Part shown: one piece after another, positions 15,995 through 25,296 of the stretch | Numbering within the stretch: position 1 is the stretch's first letter | Layout: the number at the start of each line of letters is the position of its first letter | DNA from: a virus | UHGV virus genome: UHGV-1515682 | Strand: one strand, 5' to 3' | DNA: 40,877 bases | Program-made: the position numbers and the translations under genes | The notes under the pieces: generated by a model | What the model was told of the DNA's origin: nothing | Database searches by the model: none | Seen by the model: only the letters and a program-made list of their open reading frames with translations

Positions 15995-16315
15995 AACGCT
16001 GAGAGCACTTAGCCTGTTAAGGCGCCACACTTTGTCGCGGCTCCATAAATGCTCTCATCGTTGTACCCTCGTCTCTTCCGAGGCGTCACACCGAATCGCC
16101 GGGATGGTGAATCCCGTGCGCGGAATAAAACCGCTCGACTTGCACATTCCGGCTACCTGGTTCGTTTGCCCGAGCAAGGGAGGGTGCCCCTTAAACGGAT
16201 CCAGACCGCTATCGGCGCATGTGCCATACGCCGTACTGCTCAAAATAAAAGCTCACTCCACCTGTTTAATTTAACGACAAGCCAGTCAGGTTAGTAACCA
16301 GAATGAGCTCTTTAG

Positions 16316-16330
16316 TTACCTGAAAGGTAA
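16316..16330. promoter_or_regulatory. Dyad operator-like site ttacctgaaaggtaa upstream of head gene operon
   Basis: Perfect TTACC-N5-GGTAA; same sequence as site 35925. Confidence 0.5.
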
Positions 16331-16420
16331 TAATTCACGCGTTAAATGTCAACTTTCTACGATAAATAAATCATATGTGGTTAAATTGGTAATAATTTAA
16401 TTGCGTACGGAGTCATTGAT

Positions 16421-16627
16421 ATGTGCATGGGTAGCTCACCATCAGTGCCTGCAACACCAGAAGTTCAGGCAGCACCACAGGAGCAGGATGCCGCCGTTGT
16501 TGATGCCCGCGACGAAGAAACACGTCGCCGTCGCGCTGCTGCTGGTCGTAGTTCTACGCTGCTTACCGGTTCTCAGGGCGACACATCAACCGCTAATACC
16601 AGCGGTAAAACGCTGCTTGGTCAGTAA
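16421..16627 (+). CDS. Hypothetical small protein preceding portal
   Basis: 68 aa; ACGGAG RBS identical in context to the portal RBS. Confidence 0.45.
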   Translation: MCMGSSPSVPATPEVQAAPQEQDAAVVDARDEETRRRRAAAGRSSTLLTGSQGDTSTANTSGKTLLGQ

Positions 16628-16641
16628 CCGGAGTCATTGAA

Positions 16642-18321
16642 ATGGCGGAAACAACTAAAGAGCGATTGAACAAACAGTTCGCACAACTTGAAAGCGAGCG
16701 TCAGTCGTTCGAGCCGCACTGGCGCGAGTTGAGTGATTACATCAACCCGCGTGGTTCCCGCTTTCTGACTTCTGAGGTCAACCGTAACGATCGACGCAAT
16801 ACACGCATTATTGATTCGACCGGGACTATGGCGGCGCGAACTCTCGCCAGCGGCATGATGTCAGGCATCACAAGCCCCGCGCGTCCGTGGTTTCGCCTGG
16901 CTACGCCAGATCCTGAAATGATGGATTATGGCCCTGTTAAGTTGTGGCTTGAGGCGGTGCAGAACCGCATGAACGATATGTTCAATAAGTCGAATCTCTA
17001 CCAGTCTCTTCCGCAGTTATACGGAAGCCTCGGCACATACAGCACCGGTGCAATGGCGGTACTGGAGGATGACGAGGACATCATTCGCACAATGCCATTC
17101 CCGATAGGCAGTTACTACCTGGCTAACTCACCTCGTGGCAGTGTGGACACCTGTTTTCGCAAGTTCTCTATGACTGTTCGTCAGCTTGTTCAGGAGTTCG
17201 GGCTAAATAACGTCAGCGAATCCGTAAAAAGCATGTGGGAAAGCGGCACCTACGAGAAGTGGATTGAAGTGATGCATTCGGTTTACCCGAACATTGACCG
17301 CGATACATCGAAGCTGGATAGCAAGAACAAGCCATTCAAATCGGTTTATTACGAGGTTGGTGGCGATAACGACAAGTTGTTGCGTGAGTCCGGATTCGAT
17401 GAGTTTCCAATTATGGCTCCGCGCTGGGAAGTTAACGGCGAAGATGTTTATGGATCATCATGCCCGGGTATGCTGGCGCTTGGACCTGTTAAGGCATTGC
17501 AGCTTCTCCAGAAGCGCAAGTCGCAGTTGATTGATAAAGCCACCAATCCGCCGATGGTTGCTCCGACTTCCCTCAAGAATCAGCGCGCCTCCCTTCTTCC
17601 TGGCGACATCACGTATATCGATCAGATTACTGGTCAGGATGGTTTCAGGCCTGCTTATCTGGTTAACCCCAGTACAGCAGATCTGGTAGCAGACATTCAG
17701 GACACTCGCCAAATCATTAACAGCGCCTACTTTGTCGATCTGTTCATGATGTTGCAGAACATCAATACCCGCTCGATGCCTGTTGAAGCAGTGATCGAAA
17801 TGAAAGAAGAAAAGCTTCTGATGTTGGGGCCGGTTCTGGAGCGTCTGAACGACGAATGTCTTAATCCTCTCATTGACCGCGCTTTCTCGATGATGGTGCG
17901 TAAAAACATGCTGCCGCCACCGCCTGACGCGATGGAAGGCATGCCCCTGAAGGTCGAATACATTTCCGTCATGGCTCAGGCGCAGAAGTCTATCGGCCTG
18001 TCCAGTCTGGCGTCTACGGTCAACTTCATTGGTCAACTTGCGCAAGCGAAACCAGAAGCTCTCGACAAACTCAACGTTGATCAGGCGATCGATGCATTCG
18101 CTGATATGTCCGGAGTGTCTCCAACCGTCATTGTTCCGCAGGAACAGGTTGAGCAGGCTCGCCAGCAACGGGCACAGCAGCAACAGCAGCAACAAATGAT
18201 GGCGATGGGAATGGCGGCGGCACAGGGCGCCAAGACGCTAAGCGAAGCTAAAACTTCGGATCCGAGTGTTTTGTCAGCTATGGCGAATGCAGTTAGTGGT
18301 CAGGGTGGGCAATCACAATGA
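16642..18321 (+). CDS. Portal (head-to-tail connector) protein
   Basis: 559 aa; size and position ahead of scaffold/capsid; C-terminal Gln/Ala-rich tail. Confidence 0.65.
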   Translation: MAETTKERLNKQFAQLESERQSFEPHWRELSDYINPRGSRFLTSEVNRNDRRNTRIIDSTGTMAARTLASGMMSGITSPARPWFRLATPDPEMMDYGPVKLWLEAVQNRMNDMFNKSNLYQSLPQLYGSLGTYSTGAMAVLEDDEDIIRTMPFPIGSYYLANSPRGSVDTCFRKFSMTVRQLVQEFGLNNVSESVKSMWESGTYEKWIEVMHSVYPNIDRDTSKLDSKNKPFKSVYYEVGGDNDKLLRESGFDEFPIMAPRWEVNGEDVYGSSCPGMLALGPVKALQLLQKRKSQLIDKATNPPMVAPTSLKNQRASLLPGDITYIDQITGQDGFRPAYLVNPSTADLVADIQDTRQIINSAYFVDLFMMLQNINTRSMPVEAVIEMKEEKLLMLGPVLERLNDECLNPLIDRAFSMMVRKNMLPPPPDAMEGMPLKVEYISVMAQAQKSIGLSSLASTVNFIGQLAQAKPEALDKLNVDQAIDAFADMSGVSPTVIVPQEQVEQARQQRAQQQQQQQMMAMGMAAAQGAKTLSEAKTSDPSVLSAMANAVSGQGGQSQ

Positions 18322-18614
18322 CAGATTACGAAGATGATCAACTGAAAGAAGAAAACGCCCGTAAGCAACGTGACATGGCACAGCGTGAAATTGATGACAT
18401 TCGCTTTGTCATGAGCAGTGAACAGGGGCGTCGCGTTGTCTGGTCGGTGCTGGAGAAAGGCCGTGTGTTTTCCGCTATCTCACCGATGGACGCTATGGCA
18501 ATGGCATTTAATGAGGGGCAACGCAATCTGGCGCTGGAACTGTTTCAGCGCGTTATGGCGCATTGCCCTGAACAGTATTTGAAGATGGCCAAAGAGGCCA
18601 GTGAACAGGAGTGA
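18318..18614 (+). CDS. Hypothetical head-module protein
   Basis: 98 aa; ATGA coupling to portal. Confidence 0.5.
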   Translation: MTDYEDDQLKEENARKQRDMAQREIDDIRFVMSSEQGRRVVWSVLEKGRVFSAISPMDAMAMAFNEGQRNLALELFQRVMAHCPEQYLKMAKEASEQE

Positions 18615-18616
18615 TC

Positions 18617-19312
18617 ATGAATTTATTTGAGCGTTTGCTGTATCGCCGTCTTTGCAATGAGCAACCAGTCGATGGTGGAGCAGCTCCGGCTGCGTCAGAA
18701 CCGTCAGCGCCTGCAGGTGATAACCCTGCTCCAGTTGGTGATCCATCACAATCGGAAGGTGATAAGCCACAACCTGTTGCTGATGGCGATAAACCTGCTG
18801 ATGACAAAAAGCCTGAAAACGATAAGCAGGATGAAAAAAAGGACGGCGATAAACCAGAGGGTGCGCCTGAGAAGTACGAGTTTCAGGCTGCCGAAGGCGT
18901 AGAGCTGGATACAGAAGCGTTGAAGGAATTCGAGCCGGTGGCGCGAGAACTTAACCTGACCAACGAGCAAGCGCAAAAGCTGGTTGATGCTTATCCGAAG
19001 ATTCTGGCAGGTGTGCAGCAGCGCCAGGCAGAAGCCTGGCAGAAAACAACCGAGCAGTGGGCTGCTGATGTAAAAGCTGACAAAGAAATCGGTGGCGACA
19101 AGTTGATTTCTAACCTTAGCGCCGCACAGCGTGCGCTTGACCAGTTCGGGACACCTGAACTCAAAGAATATCTGAACACCACCGGGCTGGGTAATCACCC
19201 TGATCTGGTCAAAACGTTCGTGAAAATCGGAAAGGCGATGTCTGAAGATGGCATGGTCACCGGTGGTAATGAAGGCCAGCGTAGTGCGGCCGAAGTGCTC
19301 TATGGCAAATAA
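18617..19312 (+). CDS. Putative scaffolding protein
   Basis: 231 aa; acidic low-complexity N-terminus and helical C-terminus; between portal and capsid; AGGAG RBS. Confidence 0.5.
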   Translation: MNLFERLLYRRLCNEQPVDGGAAPAASEPSAPAGDNPAPVGDPSQSEGDKPQPVADGDKPADDKKPENDKQDEKKDGDKPEGAPEKYEFQAAEGVELDTEALKEFEPVARELNLTNEQAQKLVDAYPKILAGVQQRQAEAWQKTTEQWAADVKADKEIGGDKLISNLSAAQRALDQFGTPELKEYLNTTGLGNHPDLVKTFVKIGKAMSEDGMVTGGNEGQRSAAEVLYGK

Positions 19313-19320
19313 GAGAGGAA

Positions 19321-20313
19321 ATGACAATGGCTGTTAAAGGCTTAACTGCGCTAACGCTGGCTGACTGGGGTAAGCGCGTCGATCCAAACGGGAAAGTCGA
19401 TAAGATTATCGAGCTTCTCGGTCAAACTAACCCGATCCTTCAGGATATGCCTTTTGTCGAAGGGAACCTTCCTACCGGACACCGAACCACCATTCGTTCT
19501 GGTTTACCTTCAGCTACCTGGCGTTTGCTGAACTATGGCGTACAGCCAAGCAAATCAACCACAGTGCAGGTAACCGATTACGTTGGCATGCTGGAAACCT
19601 ATGCTGAAGTCGATAAGTCACTGGCTGATCTGAACGGCAATACCGCCGAATTCCGCCTGTCTGAAGACCGCGCATTTATTGAAGCGATGAATCAGCAGAT
19701 GGCGCAGACGCTGTTTTATGGTGATTCCAGCGTTAACCCTCAGCAGTTTATGGGACTGTCCTCCCGCTATTCCAGCCTGTCTGCAGGTAATGCTCAGAAC
19801 ATCATTGATGCTGGTGGCACGGGTACAGATAACACCTCAATCTGGTTAGTGGTGTGGGGCGAAAACACAGTGCATGGCATCTTCCCGAAAGGGCAGAAGG
19901 CTGGCATTCAGATGGAAGATAAAGGCCAGGTGACACTGGAAGATGCTAATGGCGGCAAGTACGAAGGCTACCGTACCCATTACAAATGGGACAACGGACT
20001 TGCTCTGCGTGACTGGCGTTATGTTGTTCGCATTGCAAACATCGATGTCAGCAATCTTTCAGAACCTTCCTCTGCCGCAAATATTGCGAAGTTGATGGTT
20101 AAAGCACTGCATCGCATTCCAAATCGTGGCATGGGTCGCCCGGTGTTCTACATGAACCGCACTGTAGGCCAGGCTCTTGATCTGCAATCTCTGGAGAAAA
20201 CATCTCTGGCGATCAGCGTAAAAGAGACAGAAGGCGAGTGGTGGACTTCATTCCGTGGTGTACCAATCCGTGAAACTGATGCGCTTCTGGAAACAGAAGC
20301 CCGCGTGGTGTAA
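19321..20313 (+). CDS. Major capsid protein
   Basis: 330 aa; position after scaffold, strong RBS, followed by terminator region. Confidence 0.65.
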   Translation: MTMAVKGLTALTLADWGKRVDPNGKVDKIIELLGQTNPILQDMPFVEGNLPTGHRTTIRSGLPSATWRLLNYGVQPSKSTTVQVTDYVGMLETYAEVDKSLADLNGNTAEFRLSEDRAFIEAMNQQMAQTLFYGDSSVNPQQFMGLSSRYSSLSAGNAQNIIDAGGTGTDNTSIWLVVWGENTVHGIFPKGQKAGIQMEDKGQVTLEDANGGKYEGYRTHYKWDNGLALRDWRYVVRIANIDVSNLSEPSSAANIAKLMVKALHRIPNRGMGRPVFYMNRTVGQALDLQSLEKTSLAISVKETEGEWWTSFRGVPIRETDALLETEARVV

Positions 20314-20364
20314 CGCCTGTTATTAACCTGTGGGTCGTAACAGACCCACTAATGGAGAAAGAAG

Positions 20365-20802
20365 ATGATCACCGACAAACTGTTGATGTTCTCCGAAGCT
20401 CAGGCGGTTACGAATACCGCGGCTTCTACTGACGTAATCGATCTCGGTCCAATTGATGGAAACCGTCGCGATATCGGTGTGGGTTACCCGCTTGAGTTTT
20501 GGGTGCTGGTTAACGAAGCCGCCACGGCAAGTGGTGAGGCAACTGTAAACATCCAGTTGCAGACGAGTGAGAATAACAGCTCTTGGACCACTATTTATGA
20601 TAGTGGTGCGTTGGCAAAGGCCACCCTGACAGCAGGTAAGCGAGTTGTTTCTGCAAAGGTGCCAGCCGGTGTTCAGCGATATCTGCGTGTTAACTACTCC
20701 GTCGCAACTGGCCCACTAACGGCCGGCAAATTCACTGCGGGTATCAGTCTGGATGTTGATGCCAATACGCCGTACCCGATCCGCTCAAAAGTAACTGGTT
20801 AA
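20365..20802 (+). CDS. Putative capsid decoration/accessory protein
   Basis: 145 aa; immediately after capsid gene. Confidence 0.4.
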   Translation: MITDKLLMFSEAQAVTNTAASTDVIDLGPIDGNRRDIGVGYPLEFWVLVNEAATASGEATVNIQLQTSENNSSWTTIYDSGALAKATLTAGKRVVSAKVPAGVQRYLRVNYSVATGPLTAGKFTAGISLDVDANTPYPIRSKVTG

Positions 20803-20812
20803 GGTGATATCG

Positions 20813-21148
20813 ATGTCAGGTGAGAAACCAAGATACCGCGTTCTGCGCCTCTCTCATATCCATAACACTCTGTGGCCGGAGGGGGCAGAAATCGAATACG
20901 AAGGTGAGCCTGGTAGCGCACTGGAACCTGTTAACGATGCAGCCAGACAGGCAAAAGCAAAAGTTGCAGGAAAGGTGTCAATGGCAGCAACCAGCACCAA
21001 AATCATCAACGATGTGTCAGATGATGGTGAACTGGATAAGCTCTGTGAAGAGTACGAATTGCTCTTTAACGAGAAGCCACACCATAACGCCAAAGCCGAA
21101 ACGCTACGCGAGAAGATCGCAGATAAGCGTAAAGAACTGGGCGTGTAA
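20813..21148 (+). CDS. Hypothetical virion-module protein
   Basis: 111 aa; AAGGTG RBS; followed by strong terminator. Confidence 0.45.
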   Translation: MSGEKPRYRVLRLSHIHNTLWPEGAEIEYEGEPGSALEPVNDAARQAKAKVAGKVSMAATSTKIINDVSDDGELDKLCEEYELLFNEKPHHNAKAETLREKIADKRKELGV

Positions 21149-21164
21149 GCCTCGCGAATCAGAC

Positions 21165-21186
21165 AAGGGGCTTCGGCCCCTTTATT
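21165..21186 (+). terminator. Rho-independent terminator after capsid block
   Basis: aaggggc-ttcg-gcccctt hairpin followed by T-rich tract. Confidence 0.65.
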
Positions 21187-21204
21187 GCAGGAGTATAGAA
21201 ACTT

Positions 21205-21810
21205 ATGGCCTCTGTAGTAGAGATCTGCAATCGTGCGCTGTCCAATATTGGCAACAGCCGCAGCATTAACAGCCTGACGGAAGCCAGCAAGGAAGCGGGG
21301 GAATGTTCGCTGCACTTTGAGGCCTGCCGTGATGCTGTGCTTTCTGATTTTGACTGGAACTTTGCTACCAAACGCGTGGCGCTTGCAGATACGAGCAATC
21401 CACCACCTGACTGGGAATATGCGTACCAGTACCCGTCAGATTGTCTGCGCATTACTGAAATTATGCTTCCTGGTGTACGCAATCCAACAGCAGCAATGCG
21501 CGTTCAGTACGAAGTTGGTGCAGACACCAACGGAACAGGAAAGTTGATCTACACAGACCAGCCTCAGGCATGGCTCAAGTATGTCTCTCGCGTTACAGAT
21601 GTGAACATGTTTGATGCCATTTTTATGGAGGCGTTGGCCTGGCGTCTTGCGGCAGCTATTAACATGGCGCTGACTGGGAATGCAGACCTCGGTACGTTTG
21701 CCCTCAATATGTACAATCGCGTGATTCTTAGTGCTGGCTCGCATAGCCAGAATGAATCACAGGAACCACAGCCACCGGTTGACGAGTTTACCATTGCGAG
21801 GTTGTCCTGA
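21205..21810 (+). CDS. Tail tubular protein A-like (T7 gp11-like)
   Basis: 201 aa; size and N-terminal pattern resemble podovirus tail tubular protein A; precedes ~820-aa protein. Confidence 0.45.
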   Translation: MASVVEICNRALSNIGNSRSINSLTEASKEAGECSLHFEACRDAVLSDFDWNFATKRVALADTSNPPPDWEYAYQYPSDCLRITEIMLPGVRNPTAAMRVQYEVGADTNGTGKLIYTDQPQAWLKYVSRVTDVNMFDAIFMEALAWRLAAAINMALTGNADLGTFALNMYNRVILSAGSHSQNESQEPQPPVDEFTIARLS

Positions 21811-24281
21811 TGGCTATCAGTTGGATCCAGCCCAGCTTTGCTGGTGGTGAGATTGGACCGTCGTTGTACGGACGTATCGACATGGCGAAGTACCAGGTGG
21901 CATTGCGCAAGTGCGATAACTTTATCGTGCGGCAGTATGGCGGCGTTGAGAATCGACCTGGTACGCGTTTTGTCGGTGCCGCCAAATATCCAAATCGGAA
22001 ATGCCGCCTGATCCCGTTCCAGTTCTCGACGGTTCAGACTTATGCTCTGGAGTTCGGACACCAGTACATGCGCGTTATCAAAGATGGTGCGTTGGTGCTG
22101 AACAGCAGCAATGTTATTTATGAAATTTCCACGCCATATACTGAAGCCGATCTGTTCCGAATTAAATTCACGCAAAGCGCAGACGTGCTTACGCTGGTTC
22201 ATCCGGCATACCCGCCGAAAGAGTTGCGCCGCTATGCGCATGACAACTGGCAACTGGTTGATGTGGTAACGAAGAACGGGCCATTTGAAGATATCAATAT
22301 TGACGAGTCAGTGACGGTTTATGCCAGCGCCAGCACCGGGACAATTACGCTAACGGCAAGCGCCTCTATTTTTGGCGCGGAGCAGGTAGGCAAATTGTTC
22401 TATCTGGAACAGCCTGCAGTGGATTCTGTGCCGGTATGGGAAACCAGTAAGAGTACGTCGATTGGCGATATTCGCCGAGCAGACAGTAACTACTATCGCG
22501 CCGTTAAAGCAGGCAAAACAGGTACTTTGCGCCCTTCGCATACAGAAGGCACATCATGGGATGGCTGGGGCGGATCCGGTGATGATGATACTGGCATTGA
22601 GTGGGAATATCTGCACAGTGGTTTTGGCATTGCCCGTATCACTGCTGCAAATGGAACTACTGCAACTGCCGAGGTGATTTCCTATATCCCTTCGCAGGTA
22701 GTTGGCGAGGATAATGCCAGCTATAAATGGGCTAAATATGCCTGGAACAGTGTTAATGGTTATCCTGGCACTGTTGTTTATTATCAACAACGTCTTTACT
22801 TCGCCGCATCGACTGCGTTTCCTCAGACTATCTGGGCCAGCCGTACCGGGGATTATAAGGATTTTGGCAAAAGCAATCCTACGCAGGATGACGACAGAAT
22901 TATCTACACCTATGCCGGGCGTCAGGTTAATGAGATCCGTCACCTGATTGATGTTGGTTCGCTGGTGGCGCTGACTTCCGGAGGTGAGTACGTCATCACT
23001 GGCGACCAGAACAAAGTGCTTACCCCATCATCATTTGCATTCAGCTCTCAGGGATCAAATGGCTCGAGCAATGTCCCACCAATTGCCGTGGCGAATATTG
23101 CTCTGTTCGTCCAGGAGAAAGGCAGTGTTGTCCGTGATCTGGCCTACTCATTCGATGTTGACGGCTATCAGGGGAACGACCTGACCATCCTTGCCAATCA
23201 TCTTTTTCAGAAGCACAGTATTGTTGACTGGTGCTTCTCTATTGTCCCTTACTCCAGCGCCTTCTGCATTCGTGATGACGGTAAATTACTGGTGATGACC
23301 TATTTGCGTGATCAGCAGGTTTTTGCATGGGCACCACAATCCAGTACCGGAAAATATGAAAGCACATGCAGTATCAGCGAAGGAAATGAAGATGCGGTGT
23401 ATTTCGTCGTTAACCGAACCGTTAACGGGCAAACAGTGAGATACATCGAGCGACTGTCCAGCCGTTTATTTACCAGCGATGAAGATGCTTTCTTTGTTGA
23501 TTCTGGCCTTAGCTATGATGGAAGAAATACGTCTGACAGAACGATGACCATCACTGGTGGTTCTGGTGAATGGGATTACCGCGCGGAATATACAATCAGT
23601 ATTTCTGGTGGTGCGTACTTCACCAGTAGTGATGTCGGCGCGCAACTACAGTTCCCTTATGCCGGAACTGATCCTGGTACTGGCGATGAAGTGTCAAAAG
23701 AATTACGTTGCGACATTATTTCTGTAACCAGCAATACCGCTGTAGTGGTTCGTGCTAACAGGAACGTCCCGCCATCCCTCAGGAATGTGGCCACCACGAA
23801 CTGGCAGATGGCGCGCCGGACATTTGGAGGCCTGTCTCATCTTGAAGGCCAGACCGTAAACATTCTCTCTGATGCGAACGTGGAACCACAGAAAGTGGTT
23901 TCCGGAGGTGCCGTCACGCTGGAATCACCGGGGGCTGTAGTGCACATCGGCCTGCCAATAACTGCTGAATTCGAAACACTGGATATCAACATTAACGGAC
24001 AGGAAACGCTGCTGGACAAAAAACAGGTGATCCCCTCCGTTACTCTGGTTGTGAATGCCAGTCGCGGCATCTGGGCGACTACGCCCGGCGGTAAATGGTA
24101 CGAATATCCACAGCGTGAATTCGAGTTCTACGATGATCCTGTTGATGATGCTACCGGAAAAGTAGAAGTGAAACTGGACAGTAACTGGGGCAAAAACGGA
24201 CGTGTAAAAATCCGTCAGCTTGATCCGTTGCCGCTGTCTGTTCTTGCCGTTATTCCTCGCCTTACTGTTGGGGGATTCTGA
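21810..24281 (+). CDS. Tail tubular protein B-like (T7 gp12-like)
   Basis: 823 aa; position and size; ATGA coupling. Confidence 0.5.
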   Translation: MAISWIQPSFAGGEIGPSLYGRIDMAKYQVALRKCDNFIVRQYGGVENRPGTRFVGAAKYPNRKCRLIPFQFSTVQTYALEFGHQYMRVIKDGALVLNSSNVIYEISTPYTEADLFRIKFTQSADVLTLVHPAYPPKELRRYAHDNWQLVDVVTKNGPFEDINIDESVTVYASASTGTITLTASASIFGAEQVGKLFYLEQPAVDSVPVWETSKSTSIGDIRRADSNYYRAVKAGKTGTLRPSHTEGTSWDGWGGSGDDDTGIEWEYLHSGFGIARITAANGTTATAEVISYIPSQVVGEDNASYKWAKYAWNSVNGYPGTVVYYQQRLYFAASTAFPQTIWASRTGDYKDFGKSNPTQDDDRIIYTYAGRQVNEIRHLIDVGSLVALTSGGEYVITGDQNKVLTPSSFAFSSQGSNGSSNVPPIAVANIALFVQEKGSVVRDLAYSFDVDGYQGNDLTILANHLFQKHSIVDWCFSIVPYSSAFCIRDDGKLLVMTYLRDQQVFAWAPQSSTGKYESTCSISEGNEDAVYFVVNRTVNGQTVRYIERLSSRLFTSDEDAFFVDSGLSYDGRNTSDRTMTITGGSGEWDYRAEYTISISGGAYFTSSDVGAQLQFPYAGTDPGTGDEVSKELRCDIISVTSNTAVVVRANRNVPPSLRNVATTNWQMARRTFGGLSHLEGQTVNILSDANVEPQKVVSGGAVTLESPGAVVHIGLPITAEFETLDININGQETLLDKKQVIPSVTLVVNASRGIWATTPGGKWYEYPQREFEFYDDPVDDATGKVEVKLDSNWGKNGRVKIRQLDPLPLSVLAVIPRLTVGGF

Positions 24282-24745
24282 TGATCGACGTTCAAATTAT
24301 TCCCGCTACCGAAGAGCATCTTCAGATGATTTTGCCGGATGTTCGTCAGGCTGATATTGACGAACTGTATGCGGTATCGCTGATGACTACCGAAGATGCG
24401 CTGCGTGTTGGTCTGCGTACTGCGACTATGGCCTGGTCAGGATTTGCGAACGGAGAACTGGTAACCATGTTTGGCGTATCTCCGGCGTCAATGATCGGTG
24501 GCAATGGTACGCCCTGGCTGGTAGGAACCAGCCGTATTGAAAAATATCAGAAGACATTTCTTCGCCACTGCCGCCCTGTATTGCAGCAGATGCTGGCAGT
24601 TTATCCGCGCCTGGAAAACTACGTCGACGAGCGAAACCATGTTGCCAAAGCATGGCTGCACTGGCTTGGATTCAGGCTTGAAGAAGCCGCGCCTTATGGT
24701 GCTCTTGGTCTTAATTTCCACAGATTTCACATGGAGAGAAAATAA
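24281..24745 (+). CDS. Hypothetical virion protein
   Basis: 154 aa; coupled within tail gene string. Confidence 0.5.
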   Translation: MIDVQIIPATEEHLQMILPDVRQADIDELYAVSLMTTEDALRVGLRTATMAWSGFANGELVTMFGVSPASMIGGNGTPWLVGTSRIEKYQKTFLRHCRPVLQQMLAVYPRLENYVDERNHVAKAWLHWLGFRLEEAAPYGALGLNFHRFHMERK

Positions 24746-25284
24746 TGTGTAACCCAGCCATCGCTTTGGTTGCCGTCACAGTGGCATCCACAGCCGCGTC
24801 AATGTACAGCCAGAGCAAGCAGGCAAAATACCAGTCAGCCATAGCTGATCGGAATGCTGAAATTGCTGAAGCTCAGGCACAGGATTCAATCAATCGTGGG
24901 AATATTGAAGCGGATCAGCGTCGTCGTGAAATGCGTCAACGCTCAGGCACTGCGGCGGCCACTATGGGGGCTACCGGTGCGGAATTAAGTAGCGGAACAG
25001 CTCTTGACGTTTTTGCGGATAATGCTCAGTTCGGCACTCTTGATGCGTTAACGACAGTGAATAATGCTCAGCGTGAGGCATATGGGTATCAGGTTCAGGG
25101 AATGAATGCTCAGGCACAGGGGGCTGCTGCTCAGTCGGCTGCTAAATCATCGATGACCAGCACTTTGTTAACGGCACCACTAAAAGCATACGGTGCATAC
25201 CAGATGGGCGGCGGAACGTGGAGCCCGTTCTCTCAGAAGGCTGCGCCGATTTCTGCTGCTGTTGGCACTCCAACCGGTCGATAA
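24745..25284 (+). CDS. Putative internal virion protein (gp14-like position)
   Basis: 179 aa; N-terminal hydrophobic segment, Ala/Gln-rich. Confidence 0.45.
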   Translation: MCNPAIALVAVTVASTAASMYSQSKQAKYQSAIADRNAEIAEAQAQDSINRGNIEADQRRREMRQRSGTAAATMGATGAELSSGTALDVFADNAQFGTLDALTTVNNAQREAYGYQVQGMNAQAQGAAAQSAAKSSMTSTLLTAPLKAYGAYQMGGGTWSPFSQKAAPISAAVGTPTGR

Positions 25285-25296
25285 GGGGATAATAAG

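Noticed and set aside
16032-16294. ORFs 16032-16274 and 16049-16294 on the + strand next to the tRNA
   Set aside because: They overlap each other in a GC-rich, hairpin-rich stretch with no RBS and lie immediately upstream of a minus-strand tRNA; more likely non-coding leader or structured RNA.
17458-18195. 245-aa antisense ORF inside the portal gene, and similar antisense ORFs 13695-14385, 21564-22253, 30640-31101, 39476-40132
   Set aside because: All lie wholly inside well-supported genes on the opposite strand, lack RBSs and have low-complexity translations; treated as frame artefacts.
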